Source: Hyphomicrobiales bacterium (GTDB lineage Bacteria; Pseudomonadota; Alphaproteobacteria; Rhizobiales; NORP267). Taken from it: DNA of 64,000 nt. This document shows, in pieces, positions 18,371-27,801 of this stretch. The stretch is taken from contig JAUYJB010000177.1 of NCBI GenBank assembly GCA_030688605.1, forward strand, positions 11,525 to 75,524, given 5' to 3'. Every line of letters starts with the position of its first letter. Position 1 is the first letter of the stretch. The notes under the pieces were generated by a model. The model saw nothing but the letters and a program-made list of their open reading frames with translations. It was not told the origin of the DNA and searched no databases. The position numbers were made by a program, and so were the translations under genes.

Positions 18371-19657
18371 ATGGGCTATGTGGAAACCGGCAAGCTTGCT
18401 CACCGCATGAAGCGCATCGGCCATCTCGATATCCCCGGCGGCGGTCAGGTGGTGGTCAGCAATGGCCACGCCTTCGTCGGCCACATGAAGCCGCCGCACG
18501 GCACCTCGATCATCGATGTTTCCGATCCCGCCAGGCCGCGCCTGACAGCCCAGATCGAGCCGGAAACCGCCTATTCGCACACCCACAAGGTGCGGGTTGC
18601 CGGCGACATCATGATCACCAATGTGGAGCAGGACCGCCGTCATTTCCTGCGCAAGGGAGAAAAGCTGCCGCAACTGCGACAAAAGCTCGCCGCCGAACTG
18701 GGCCGGCCGGCAAGCGACGAGGAGCTTGCCGGAGGGCTCGCCGTTAGTGCCTCCGAAATCGCCGATCTCGAGGCGGCCCGCGCCCGCGGCTACCGCGAGG
18801 GCGGATTTCGGATCTGGGACGTGAGCCGCCCGGCAGCGCCGAAACTGCTGCATACCGAGCGCACCTTCGGCTTCGGCGTGCACCGCTTCGACATGGACAC
18901 CGGCCATGCCTTCATCTCCACCGAGATGGAGGGGTACGTCGGCAACATCCTGGTCATCTACGATCTCGCCGACCCGGCGCGCCCGCGCGAGGTCTCGCGC
19001 TGGTGGATGCCGGGCCAGCACATCGCCGGCGGCGAGACGCCGACCTGGGAGGGCTACGGCATCCGCCTGCACCACGCCATGCGGGTCGGCGACGAGCTGT
19101 GGGCCTCGGTGTGGCACGCCGGCTTCCGGGTCGTCGATATCAAGGACATGACGGCGCCGAAAACGGTCGCCGCCCACACCTATCATCCCTGGGTGAAGGA
19201 ACCGACGCACACGGTGCTGCCGGCGCAAAAGCGGTGCGGCGGCCGGCGCATCGCCGCCGTCGCCGACGAGGAGCATGAACATGTACACGGCCAGCCGCAT
19301 GCCGGACTGTGGCTGTTCGACGTGACGGACCTCGAAAACATCGAGCCGTTGTCGACCTTTCATGTGAGCGAAATGGATTCGCCCTTCAGCCGCGCGCCGG
19401 GGCGGTTCGGCATGCATCAGTTCCAGGAGCATATCGAGGGCGACCTGTTGTTCTGCGCCTGGTTCGGCGGCGGTCTGCGGGTCGTCGACATTTCCGATCC
19501 CGTGTTGCCGACCGAGGTCGGTCACTACATTCCCGAGCCCGTCGGCGGCAATCCGAGCCCGCAGAGCAACGACGTCGATGTCGACGGGCGCGGGCTTGTC
19601 TATCTCATCGACCGCAACCGCGGCTTCGACATTCTGGAATTTCAGGACCGAAAGTGA
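18371..19657 (+). CDS. LVIVD-repeat beta-propeller protein, no signal peptide, function unknown
   Basis: C-terminal part of ORF 17576..19657. ATG at 18371, 2 nt after the tctA stop. Repeats of the LVIVD type: [60 protein letters not shown]. Confidence 0.75.
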   Translation: MGYVETGKLAHRMKRIGHLDIPGGGQVVVSNGHAFVGHMKPPHGTSIIDVSDPARPRLTAQIEPETAYSHTHKVRVAGDIMITNVEQDRRHFLRKGEKLPQLRQKLAAELGRPASDEELAGGLAVSASEIADLEAARARGYREGGFRIWDVSRPAAPKLLHTERTFGFGVHRFDMDTGHAFISTEMEGYVGNILVIYDLADPARPREVSRWWMPGQHIAGGETPTWEGYGIRLHHAMRVGDELWASVWHAGFRVVDIKDMTAPKTVAAHTYHPWVKEPTHTVLPAQKRCGGRRIAAVADEEHEHVHGQPHAGLWLFDVTDLENIEPLSTFHVSEMDSPFSRAPGRFGMHQFQEHIEGDLLFCAWFGGGLRVVDISDPVLPTEVGHYIPEPVGGNPSPQSNDVDVDGRGLVYLIDRNRGFDILEFQDRK

Positions 19658-19668
19658 GAGAGGAGACC

Positions 19669-20652
19669 ATGCAACACCGAAATCTGACCGCCAACGGCCC
19701 CACCGTCTCGGCCATCGGGCTCGGCTGCATGGGCATGACCCCACTTTATGGCAAGCCCGACCCGGAGGAGGCGGTGCGCACGGTCCATGAAGCGATCGAC
19801 GCCGGCGTGACGCTGCTCGACACCGCCGACATGTATGCCGGCGGCAAAAACGAGGAGCTGGTCGGCCGCGCCATCGCCGGCCGCCGCGACAAGATCGTGC
19901 TGGCGACCAAGTTCGGCAATATCCGCAATCCCGACGGCACCGCCTCGATCAACGGCAAGGCCGAATATGTGGCCGAGGCCTGCGAGGCCTCGCTGAAACG
20001 TCTTGGCGTCGAGACCATCGACCTTTTCTACGTGCACCGGATCGATCCGACCGTGCCGATCGAGGAGACGGTCGGCGCCATGGCCAAGCTCGTCGAGGCC
20101 GGCAAGGTACGCTGGATCGGCCTTTCGGAAGCCGGCGTGGAGACGATCGCGCGCGCCCATGCGACCCATCCCCTGACCGCGCTGCAGACCGAATATTCGC
20201 TTGCCACGCGGGACGTGGAGCAGGCAATCCTGCCCAAATGCCGGGGGCTCGGCATCGGATTCGTCGCCTATTGCCCGCTCGGGCGCGGCCTTCTTACCGG
20301 AAAGTTCCGCTCCCTCGACGCACTGACGGAGAATGACCGCCGCCGCGCGATGCCGCGCTTCCAGGGCGACAATCTCGCCCACAATCTGGCACTCGTCGAC
20401 ACGATCACAGAGATTGCCGAGGCGCACGGCGTCTCGGCCTCGGTGGTTGCCCTGGCGTGGGTGCTCGCACAGGGTGACGACATCGTGCCCATACCAGGAT
20501 GCTCGCGCCGCGTAAGCTTGCGCGACACTCTTTCCGCCCTCGAACTGAAACTTTCCGCCGACGAGCTTGAGCGCCTGTCGTCGACCTTCGCGCCCGGCGC
20601 TGTCGTCGGTACCCGCTACCCGGAAAAACAGATGAGCCGCCTCGGCCTCTAA
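19669..20652 (+). CDS. aldo/keto reductase
   Basis: Part of ORF 19309..20652. ATG at 19669 after [25 protein letters not shown] and [10 protein letters not shown] motifs. Confidence 0.92.
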   Translation: MQHRNLTANGPTVSAIGLGCMGMTPLYGKPDPEEAVRTVHEAIDAGVTLLDTADMYAGGKNEELVGRAIAGRRDKIVLATKFGNIRNPDGTASINGKAEYVAEACEASLKRLGVETIDLFYVHRIDPTVPIEETVGAMAKLVEAGKVRWIGLSEAGVETIARAHATHPLTALQTEYSLATRDVEQAILPKCRGLGIGFVAYCPLGRGLLTGKFRSLDALTENDRRRAMPRFQGDNLAHNLALVDTITEIAEAHGVSASVVALAWVLAQGDDIVPIPGCSRRVSLRDTLSALELKLSADELERLSSTFAPGAVVGTRYPEKQMSRLGL

Positions 20653-20685
20653 GATAGGGCCGGAGCGAAAAGGGGGGCCTTGCGG

Positions 20686-21579
20686 ATGTGGAGCGGCGAA
20701 TATTGGGCGAAGAAGGGCGACGTCGACCTGTTTATGTGGCGCAAGAGACTGGACGATCCGGCCTCGGGCAAAGAGCGCCCGGTCTTCTTCCTCGTCCACG
20801 GCTCCTCCTTTTCCGGCCCGTCCGGCTTCGACATGCAGATTGCGGGTCGCGACTATTCCCTCATGGACAAGTTCGCCGAGCTCGGTTTCGACGTCTGGAC
20901 GCTCGATCATGAGGGCTATGGCCGCTCGACGCGCACCGATTCGAACTCCGATATCGCTTCGGGCGCCGAAGACCTCGACGCCGGCATGAAGGTGGTCCAG
21001 CGGGAGACTGGGCAACAGCGCTCTGCGTTTTACGGACAGTCGTCGGGCGCCCTGCGCGCGGCACTGTTTGCGCAAAAATATCCGCGCTGGGTCGAGCGGC
21101 TGGTGCTCGACGCCTTCGTGTGGACCGGCAAGGGCTCGCCGACGCTCGCCAAACGGCGGGAGAACCTGCCCCAGTTCCGCGCCTCCAACACGCGGCCGTC
21201 CGACCGCGCCTTCTTCCACTCGATCTTCAACCGCGACAAGCCGGGATTGTCCGAGACGATGGTCGCCGACAGGCTCGCCGACCTGGAGCTTGCCATGGGC
21301 GACACGATTCCGACCGGCACCTATCTCGACATGTGCGCCAACCTGCCGGTGGTCGACCCGGAGAGGATCGCCTGCCCGGTGCTGATCGTCCGCGGCGAGT
21401 TCGACGGCATCGCCACCGAGGAGGATCTGATCGAATTCTGGAAACGCCTGCCCAACAAGGACAAGCATTTCTCGATCCTCACCGGCCAGGCCCATGTGGC
21501 GCCGCTGGGCATCAACCGGCACCGCTTCTGGCACGTGGCGCACGGCTTTCTCACCATGCCGCCGCGCCGCGACGTCTAG
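20686..21579 (+). CDS. alpha/beta-fold hydrolase
   Basis: ORF 20680..21579, with ATG at 20686 after a G-rich RBS. Oxyanion HGSSFSG and nucleophile elbow GQSSG. Its TAG stop lies inside the terminal CTAG of MITE copy 2. Confidence 0.85.
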   Translation: MWSGEYWAKKGDVDLFMWRKRLDDPASGKERPVFFLVHGSSFSGPSGFDMQIAGRDYSLMDKFAELGFDVWTLDHEGYGRSTRTDSNSDIASGAEDLDAGMKVVQRETGQQRSAFYGQSSGALRAALFAQKYPRWVERLVLDAFVWTGKGSPTLAKRRENLPQFRASNTRPSDRAFFHSIFNRDKPGLSETMVADRLADLELAMGDTIPTGTYLDMCANLPVVDPERIACPVLIVRGEFDGIATEEDLIEFWKRLPNKDKHFSILTGQAHVAPLGINRHRFWHVAHGFLTMPPRRDV

Positions 21580-21687
21580 AGCGGTTCATGGTTATAGGGG
21601 ATCGATTCGATGGGCCAAATCGGTTCATCCGGGCAGGCGCAAAATCATCCCGGTCAAACGGTTCCCTATAACCATGAACCGCTCTAG
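21576..21687. mobile_element. MITE-like element, family 1, copy 2 (112 bp, 24-bp perfect terminal inverted repeats, CTAG at both ends)
   Basis: Runs CTAGAGCGGTTCATGGTTATAGGG ... CCCTATAACCATGAACCGCTCTAG. Its reverse complement aligns with copy 1 minus the 54-bp internal block. It fills the gap between the convergent hydrolase and tauE stops. Confidence 0.75.
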
Positions 21688-21689
21688 CC

Positions 21690-22448
21690 TCAAAATCCGA
21701 GAAGCGTCGCCGCTCCGCTCCAGATCAGGCGCAGCGCCGCCAGGCACAGGATGATGTCGAGCCCGACCCGGAAATAATAGTGCCCGAAGCGGGTCAGCAC
21801 CTGCTTGCCGAGTACCGTTCCGATCAGCCCGCTGACGATCATGCCCAGGATCAGCGGCAGATAGGGCGCAAACGCAAAGCCGAGCAGCCCGAACACGGCG
21901 ATCTTGATGACGTGCTGCATGCTCATGAAGGCGGCGTGGGTCGCGACCACCCCCAGCGGCTCAAGGCCCAGAGACTTGGCGATGGTGACGACGAAGGGGC
22001 CGGTTGCACCGAAGAACATGGTGAGGAAGCTGGAAACGATGCCGCCGGTGAATACGGCATGACGGCCAAAGGTGGGGACGCGCCCGAACACCGACCAGAG
22101 GATGAACAGGCCGACGGCAAGCTCGACGGCTTGCGGCGGAAAGCGGATGACGATGAGACCGCCCAGCGGCGCACCGAGGAGGCTGCCGAGGGAAAACGGT
22201 ATGACGGCTGCGGCGGCGACATGCGTCAGGTTGACGACGACGCGGCCGGCGTTCGATCCGACCTGAACCGCGCCGTGAACGGGAATAAGTGCTGCGGGTG
22301 GCAGCAGCACCGCCATGAACGCCAACAGTGCAACCCCGCCGCCGAGGCCGAGGGCGGCGGAAATGAACGAGGTCACGAGGCTGACCGCGACGAGCGCCAG
22401 CCCGACCGTGGCCGACAGGCCTTCGGGCATGAACGCTTCAATGGTCAC
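21690..22448 (-). CDS. TauE/SafE family sulfite-exporter-like membrane protein
   Basis: ORF 21690..22448, with a GTG start at 22448 and an alternative ATG at 22430. Glycine-rich TM repeats (AALGLGGGVALLAF) typical of the family. Confidence 0.8.
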   Translation of the reverse strand: MTIEAFMPEGLSATVGLALVAVSLVTSFISAALGLGGGVALLAFMAVLLPPAALIPVHGAVQVGSNAGRVVVNLTHVAAAAVIPFSLGSLLGAPLGGLIVIRFPPQAVELAVGLFILWSVFGRVPTFGRHAVFTGGIVSSFLTMFFGATGPFVVTIAKSLGLEPLGVVATHAAFMSMQHVIKIAVFGLLGFAFAPYLPLILGMIVSGLIGTVLGKQVLTRFGHYYFRVGLDIILCLAALRLIWSGAATLLGF

Positions 22449-22532
22449 GGATGATCGTCTCCGGCAAGCCTGTCCTCGGGCTCGCCAAAGGCGAGACCCG
22501 GGGAGCGCGCCGCTGGTGCCGGTCCGCGATCC

Positions 22533-23264
22533 TCAGCCTCTGGCCGCCAGCCGGCGCAGGAAATAGCTCCAGTGGCTTTCGATGAGCGGCACGTCGAAGA
22601 CCTGGGCGCGCTTGGCGGCGAGTTCTTCCGACGAGGTCGCGGTATAGGGCACACCGGCGGCCATCAGCATCAGCTGCACCCGGCATGCCTTCTCGATGAA
22701 GATGCCCATCATGGCGGCGACCGGGATCGACGCGCCGACAAAGGCGACGCCGTGGTTGCGCATCAGAACCGTCGAGGCCCCGCCAAGCGCCTCGGCGAGA
22801 TCCTGCCCGAGCCGCGGGGTATCGATGAGTCCCGTGGTGCCGTCATAGCGGCTCGGCGGCCCGCCGAGATAGGTCGCCTCGTGGGTGACCGCCTTGAGCT
22901 CCTCGTTGGTTGCGGAGAAGGCGCAGGCATGCAGCGGATGGGTATGGCCGACGACGTTCATGTCGGGCCGGGCTTCCAGGATCTCGGTGTGGATCGGCCA
23001 TTCCTTGTGGACGCGCCCCGAGCCGGCGAGCTTGTGGCCGTCGAAATCGATCAGCGTGAAATCGTCCGCGCCGGTGACCTCGCCGAGGCTGATGCCGGCG
23101 CGCTTCAGCCAGACGCCGCGTCCGGCCGGGTCGCGCAGCGACATGTGCCCCAGCGTCATGTCCGAATGGCCTTCCATTTCGAGGACCCGACAGGCCTGCG
23201 CCAGCCCGTCGAGGCTGGCCTTGAGGGCGTTGTCGATGTTCGTCAACGGCTCAACTGTCGCCAT
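22533..23264 (-). CDS. class II aldolase/adducin-domain protein
   Basis: Part of ORF 22533..23387, ATG at 23264. Metal-ligand histidine context VVGHTHPLHACAF and LMRNHGVAFVG. Confidence 0.88.
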   Translation of the reverse strand: MATVEPLTNIDNALKASLDGLAQACRVLEMEGHSDMTLGHMSLRDPAGRGVWLKRAGISLGEVTGADDFTLIDFDGHKLAGSGRVHKEWPIHTEILEARPDMNVVGHTHPLHACAFSATNEELKAVTHEATYLGGPPSRYDGTTGLIDTPRLGQDLAEALGGASTVLMRNHGVAFVGASIPVAAMMGIFIEKACRVQLMLMAAGVPYTATSSEELAAKRAQVFDVPLIESHWSYFLRRLAARG

Positions 23265-23441
23265 GGCAGATCCCCTTGCTTTGCCGCCGTTCGGCGCGTC
23301 GGCGGCTCCAAGCCGTCCTGGGCAGCCGGTTTCGAGGCAGAGTTCTAGAGCATTATCGGGTCCTTTGGAACCATTCGACCGGCCCATGCTCCATTGCCGA
23401 ACGCCCGTTGGTCCACCCGCCCGCGCCGGCGCAATTCGGCG

Positions 23442-25424
23442 TTAGGTCGAGTATTTCAATCGGCTGCGCTGCCAGGTAAAGGCGATCCACACCGCCAGAG
23501 CGACGGTTAGCGCGGCGAACACCTCCAACTGGCTGCCCGGGGTCACGACTACCGCGGTGCCCAGCAGGACGCCGATCAGGCGCTGGAGATTGGATAGCGG
23601 CGCGAACAGGAATCCCTCGAACGACGCGGCCAGCGCCAGCACGCCGAGGCAGGACGCCAGCGCATTGGGCAGGACGTCGGTAGCCGTGCCCTGCATCAGC
23701 AGGGTCGGCGCATAGACGAAGCCAAAGGGGACGACAAAGGCCGCAATCCCGAAGCGCACCGCCGTGGCGGCGATGGCCACGGGATTTCCGCCGGCGATGG
23801 CGGCCGCCGCGTAGGCGGCGACGGCAACCGGCGGGGTGATGGCCGAAAGCACGGCAAAGTACAAGAGGAACATGTGCGCTTCGAGCAGCCCGAAGTCCAT
23901 TTTCAGCAGCGCCGGGGCGACAAGGATCGCGGCTAGGATATAAGCGCTGGGCGTCGGCATTCCCATGCCGAGAATGATGGTCACGCAGGCCGCCAGGATC
24001 AGCGTCAACAGGGCGCTGTCGCCGGCGATGAGCAATATCAGATTGGACAGCTTCATCGACAGTCCGGTCATGCTCAAGCCGCCGATCACCAGGCCCGCCG
24101 CGGCACAGGCGGCAACGACGGGAATCGTCCGGCGCGCCGTTTCCGCCAGCATCTCGATGCTCTTGACCAGCCCTTCCATTACCAGTCTGGCCAGCTCCCT
24201 GACATCCCCGGTTCTCACCAGCACCTTGATACTCTTGACCAGCCCGCGGCGCGTGCGCTCCGTGAACAGGGCGACGACAAAGACCGCTCCGGTCCCGTAT
24301 CCGGCGACGAATGAGGGCCCATAGCCCATCCACAGGGTGACCAGGATGATGGCGAGCGGGATGATGAATATCCATCCCAGCCGCATGGCTTCGCCCAGGG
24401 ATTCGAACGGCACCTCTCCGGCGCCGAGATTTCCCCGGCGCGCCAGGGCGTGCACCTGGGTGTAAACCCCGAGATAGTAAAGCAGAGCCGGGATGATCGC
24501 GGCGATGACGATCTCGCGATATTCGATGCCGGTGAACTCGGCCATGATGAAGGCGGCGGAGCCCATGACCGGGGGCATCAGGCTACCGCCGGTCGAAGCC
24601 GTCACTTCGATCGCCGCCGCGCGTTTGGCCGAGATGCCGATCCGCTTCATCATCGGGATGGTCATGCTGCCCGTGGTCACGACGTCGGAGGTCGGGCTGC
24701 CGGAAAACATGCCGTAAAGGCCGGAGGAGACCACCGCGACCTTGGCCGGCCCGCCGGGGCTGCGGCCGGTCGCGGCCGAGGCCAGGGCGAGAAAGAAATC
24801 TCCGCCGCCGACGGCGTTCAGCACCGTTCCGAACAGAACGAACAGATAGGCATAGGTCAGCGCCACCCGCACCGGCACGCCGAAGATGCCGTCGGTGGTG
24901 TAAAACATCATGTCGAGGGCGTGCTGTATGGTGATGCGGCCATGGCCGAGCACGCCCGGCAGCAGGTCTCCAAACAGGTTGTAGAGGACGAACAGGCCGA
25001 CGATCGCGGTGAGGCCGAGGCCGACGGTGCGCCGCGTCGCTTCGAACGTCAAAACGACGAGAAGGATACCGAACACCTGCTGCCACAGCGTCAACGGATC
25101 GAACAGGGAGATCCGGATCATGATCGTGTCGGCTGTGAAGGAAAAGTAAAGGCCGCAGGCAAAGCCGAGGCCGGAAAGAACGAGGTCTATGGGTCCGGGA
25201 GGGCCGGCATCGGCCCGCGCGGTCGGCGCCACCAGCAGAAACACCAGGCCGAGCACGACGGAGAGCAGGATGATCGTGGCGACATACATGTCGACCAGAA
25301 CGATCAGATTGACCCAGATCACCGCCAGCGACAGGCCGGCGCCGATGATCTTGACGAGCCAGCCATAGAACCCGTCAAGGGAGCGTATGGTTCCTGTATC
25401 GAACAGGAGATGGATGATCGACAT
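23442..25424 (-). CDS. TRAP transporter fused 4TM/12TM permease (TAXI type)
   Basis: Part of ORF 23442..25484, ATG at 25424. About 660 aa, polytopic. SSGLYGMFSGSPTSDVVTTGSMTIPMMKR motif. Adjacent to the TAXI binding protein. Confidence 0.9.
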   Translation of the reverse strand: MSIIHLLFDTGTIRSLDGFYGWLVKIIGAGLSLAVIWVNLIVLVDMYVATIILLSVVLGLVFLLVAPTARADAGPPGPIDLVLSGLGFACGLYFSFTADTIMIRISLFDPLTLWQQVFGILLVVLTFEATRRTVGLGLTAIVGLFVLYNLFGDLLPGVLGHGRITIQHALDMMFYTTDGIFGVPVRVALTYAYLFVLFGTVLNAVGGGDFFLALASAATGRSPGGPAKVAVVSSGLYGMFSGSPTSDVVTTGSMTIPMMKRIGISAKRAAAIEVTASTGGSLMPPVMGSAAFIMAEFTGIEYREIVIAAIIPALLYYLGVYTQVHALARRGNLGAGEVPFESLGEAMRLGWIFIIPLAIILVTLWMGYGPSFVAGYGTGAVFVVALFTERTRRGLVKSIKVLVRTGDVRELARLVMEGLVKSIEMLAETARRTIPVVAACAAAGLVIGGLSMTGLSMKLSNLILLIAGDSALLTLILAACVTIILGMGMPTPSAYILAAILVAPALLKMDFGLLEAHMFLLYFAVLSAITPPVAVAAYAAAAIAGGNPVAIAATAVRFGIAAFVVPFGFVYAPTLLMQGTATDVLPNALASCLGVLALAASFEGFLFAPLSNLQRLIGVLLGTAVVVTPGSQLEVFAALTVALAVWIAFTWQRSRLKYST

Positions 25425-25518
25425 GGGCCTGGCCGTTGCGTGCCGCCATGCGGAATAAGGTGCCGCGGGCGGGTCCGGACGCACGGTCCGGACCCGCCCG
25501 CAATGGCAGCGTCAAAGG

Positions 25519-26508
25519 CTAGTTCGTCTTCAGCAGGCCCGCCTCCTTGAGGTAGCGGACGGCGCCCGGATGATAGGGCACCACGGTCATCGAGGCCATC
25601 AGCTCCTTGTTCAGGGCCTTCATCGACCCATGCACGGCCTGGATCTTGTCGATATTCTCGTAGAGCGCCTTGCTCAGAGTGTATGCATCGTCATCGCTCA
25701 TATTCTCGTTGACGACGAGACCGGCGCTCAGTGTGATCGTCTCGACCGGCTCCTTCTGATTCTTGTAGGAGTCCGCGGGGATGGTGAACGGCTCGGTGCT
25801 CATCTTGGCGTTGACGGCGTCGGCGATGTCCTTCGGCACGCTGAGCATGACGACGTCGAGGCTCTCGTCGATCTTGCGCACCGAGCTGTGGCCGACGAAC
25901 AGCGAATTGTCGACCATGTCGATGCGCCGGTTGAGCAGCAGATCGGACTGTTCGCCCGAGGCCGCATAGACGATCTTGCCGCCCCAGGATTCGAGGTCCT
26001 GCTCGGTGATGCCGGCCGCCTCCAACATGGCAACGGAGACGTCGCCGGCGATATTGCCGCGCTTGTTGATGGCGATGCGCGCCGGCGCCTTCTTGGCCTT
26101 GATGTCGGCCAGCGACTTCAGGCCATATTTATCGGCGAAGTCCTTCGTAACGATGAGGTGCATGGGCGCCCAGGTGTAAAGGTAGGCGATCGCCCGCATG
26201 CTCTTCACCGGCGCCTTGAACGGCTCGACGCCGTCGAGCGCCATCTTCAGCTCCTGGGCGTGGGCGAGGCCCATCTGCGCTTCGCCACGGTCGACGATGA
26301 CGATGTTGGCGATGCCGCCGCCCGACGTCTGATAGGTCACGACGGAGCCCGGATAGGCGGCGCGAACGGCACCGTCGACGCCAGCACCGAGCAGCGACCA
26401 CAGGCCGCCCGGACTGGCGCCGGACAGGGTCAGGTTGTAGGTCTGCGCATACGCCGGGGCGGCGGCCGCCAGGACGAATGCCAGCAATGTGGCAATGATG
26501 CGTGTCAT
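25519..26508 (-). CDS. TAXI-family TRAP transporter solute-binding protein
   Basis: ORF 25519..26508. RBS AGGGAGGAAAG. Signal peptide MTRIIATLLAFVLAAAAPAYAQ. C-terminal HPGAVRYLKEAGL is typical of TAXI proteins. Confidence 0.9.
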   Translation of the reverse strand: MTRIIATLLAFVLAAAAPAYAQTYNLTLSGASPGGLWSLLGAGVDGAVRAAYPGSVVTYQTSGGGIANIVIVDRGEAQMGLAHAQELKMALDGVEPFKAPVKSMRAIAYLYTWAPMHLIVTKDFADKYGLKSLADIKAKKAPARIAINKRGNIAGDVSVAMLEAAGITEQDLESWGGKIVYAASGEQSDLLLNRRIDMVDNSLFVGHSSVRKIDESLDVVMLSVPKDIADAVNAKMSTEPFTIPADSYKNQKEPVETITLSAGLVVNENMSDDDAYTLSKALYENIDKIQAVHGSMKALNKELMASMTVVPYHPGAVRYLKEAGLLKTN

Positions 26509-26586
26509 GCTTTCCTCCCTTTAGGAAATGCGCTCGAGAACGGGGTTTCTTATCTCTCAAGCCCGATCGATCACTTAAACAGCATT

Positions 26587-26602
26587 TTGCATTGCGATGC
26601 AA
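26587..26602. promoter_or_regulatory. perfect palindrome TTGCAT-TGCG-ATGCAA upstream of the TRAP-TAXI operon (candidate operator)
   Basis: Read directly from the sequence, about 80 bp upstream of the TAXI gene start. No regulator gene is adjacent. Confidence 0.3.
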
Positions 26603-26710
26603 TTTGCCGTGCGCGTTGACGTGCGCGGTCGCCGCGTCAGATTGGGCGGGTCGAAGCAAGGCAGGAGGGCGCGGGCGGCGCGAGACTCCGATTTGATTTG
26701 GTATGAGGAT

Positions 26711-26787
26711 TGGTACAGCTGGCTGGATTCGAACCAGCGACCTCCTGATCCACAGTCAGGCGCTCTAACCAACTGAGCTACAGCTGC
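26711..26787 (-). tRNA. tRNA-His (anticodon GTG), encoded CCA, no encoded G-1
   Basis: The reverse complement folds by hand into a cloverleaf: GCAGCTG-TA-GCTC-AGTTGGTTA-GAGC-G-CCTGA-CTGTGGA-TCAGG-AGGTC-GCTGG-TTCGAAT-CCAGC-CAGCTGT-A-CCA. Position -1 is T, the first pair is G1:U72, and the discriminator is A73. Confidence 0.95.
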
Positions 26788-26950
26788 ACATGGGCCGCGG
26801 CACAAGGTGCCGGCAACCTATGCGCTCACCTGTTGGTTGGCAAGGGCGGAAGGGGGGGCGAACGCATGACGGCCCGGCCAATGGCCGGGCCGAGCAACGG
26901 CACGCAACTTGACGATGGCTACAGTCTGAACCGAGAAAATACGGCGTGCT

Positions 26951-27460
26951 TCAGGCTGCCGGCGTCAACGCCCGGATCGTTCTGAGCACACTCTCGCGCA
27001 CCGGCTCCGTCGTTTCCCCGGCGACGCGGTTGACGAGCTTGGCTAGAGCCGCACTGCGCGCTTGCGCCGCCTCGATGCGCGCGTTCAGGAACTTGCCCTG
27101 AAGTTCGAAGGCCTGGGCCGGCGTTTCGATCCGGGCAAGATCGCGCACCAGGTCGAACTGGGCGCGCGTATCGGCCTTGAACGCCGCCATGACCTGCTCG
27201 TTGAAATCGCTGGCGCCTCGCATAGCCGCCGCGAACGTCTCTTCAAGCGCTTCGGTGGCCTCCTCGGCGCTGGCCTTGACACGGTCGTAGCTCTGCTTGG
27301 CCTGAGTCACGCCCGTTTCCACCGCCTCGCGCACGGATTCGGGCACCATGGCGCCGGCATCCGCGGCGCGTGCCGCCACCTTCGGCTGCCTTTCAGCACG
27401 CTTTTCAACGGGCCTTGGCTCGGCAGCGGCTTCCTCTGTCTCGATTTGCACGTCTGACAT
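26951..27460 (-). CDS. phasin-family (PHA granule-associated) protein
   Basis: Part of ORF 26951..27493. ATG at 27460 after AAGGAGAA. Alanine/glutamate-rich helical sequence with FNEQVMAAFKADTRAQFDLVRDLARIETPAQAFELQGKFL, typical of alphaproteobacterial phasins. Confidence 0.75.
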   Translation of the reverse strand: MSDVQIETEEAAAEPRPVEKRAERQPKVAARAADAGAMVPESVREAVETGVTQAKQSYDRVKASAEEATEALEETFAAAMRGASDFNEQVMAAFKADTRAQFDLVRDLARIETPAQAFELQGKFLNARIEAAQARSAALAKLVNRVAGETTEPVRESVLRTIRALTPAA

Positions 27461-27559
27461 TTCGCAATTCTCCTTCATTATGCGAACGGGCACCGAATGC
27501 CCCGTTCATCCTCGCGACGACGCTACGTTAATCCCCCGTTCGGTATATAGGATGATTCA

Positions 27560-27590
27560 TTGTGCAATGCAAAATTTTGTGCGCCGCACA
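27560..27590. promoter_or_regulatory. two TGC-N3-GCA palindromes upstream of the phasin gene (candidate PhaR-type operators)
   Basis: TGCAATGCA at 27563..27571, and TGTGCG-C-CGCACA at 27578..27590 (core TGCGCCGCA). They lie about 100-130 bp upstream of the phasin start in an AT-richer spacer. Confidence 0.3.
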
Positions 27591-27801
27591 TGTTACATTA
27601 GGAATCCCTCACGGGCGTTCGCAACGCGACCGATTAGGGGCGCGGAAATGAAGTTTGTGCCGACCCTCGGTTTCTGGACGTTGCCGACGATTGCCTGTAT
27701 GTCAATCCATGGTAGATCATAGCGTTCCACGGTGAGAGCGGCCGGTTCGTATGGCGCCGCGGTGCCGGGGTGAATCAGGGTAACTCGGGGGCAACCGACA
27801 T

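Noticed and set aside
26870-26892. Perfect 10-bp GC hairpin (CGGCCCGGCC-AAT-GGCCGGGCCG) downstream of the phasin gene as an intrinsic terminator. A similar GC palindrome occurs at about 43490..43530 downstream of asmA.
   Set aside because: Neither is followed by a U-tract on the relevant strand. They may still act as Rho-independent-like stops in a high-GC organism, but the sequence alone does not support the call.
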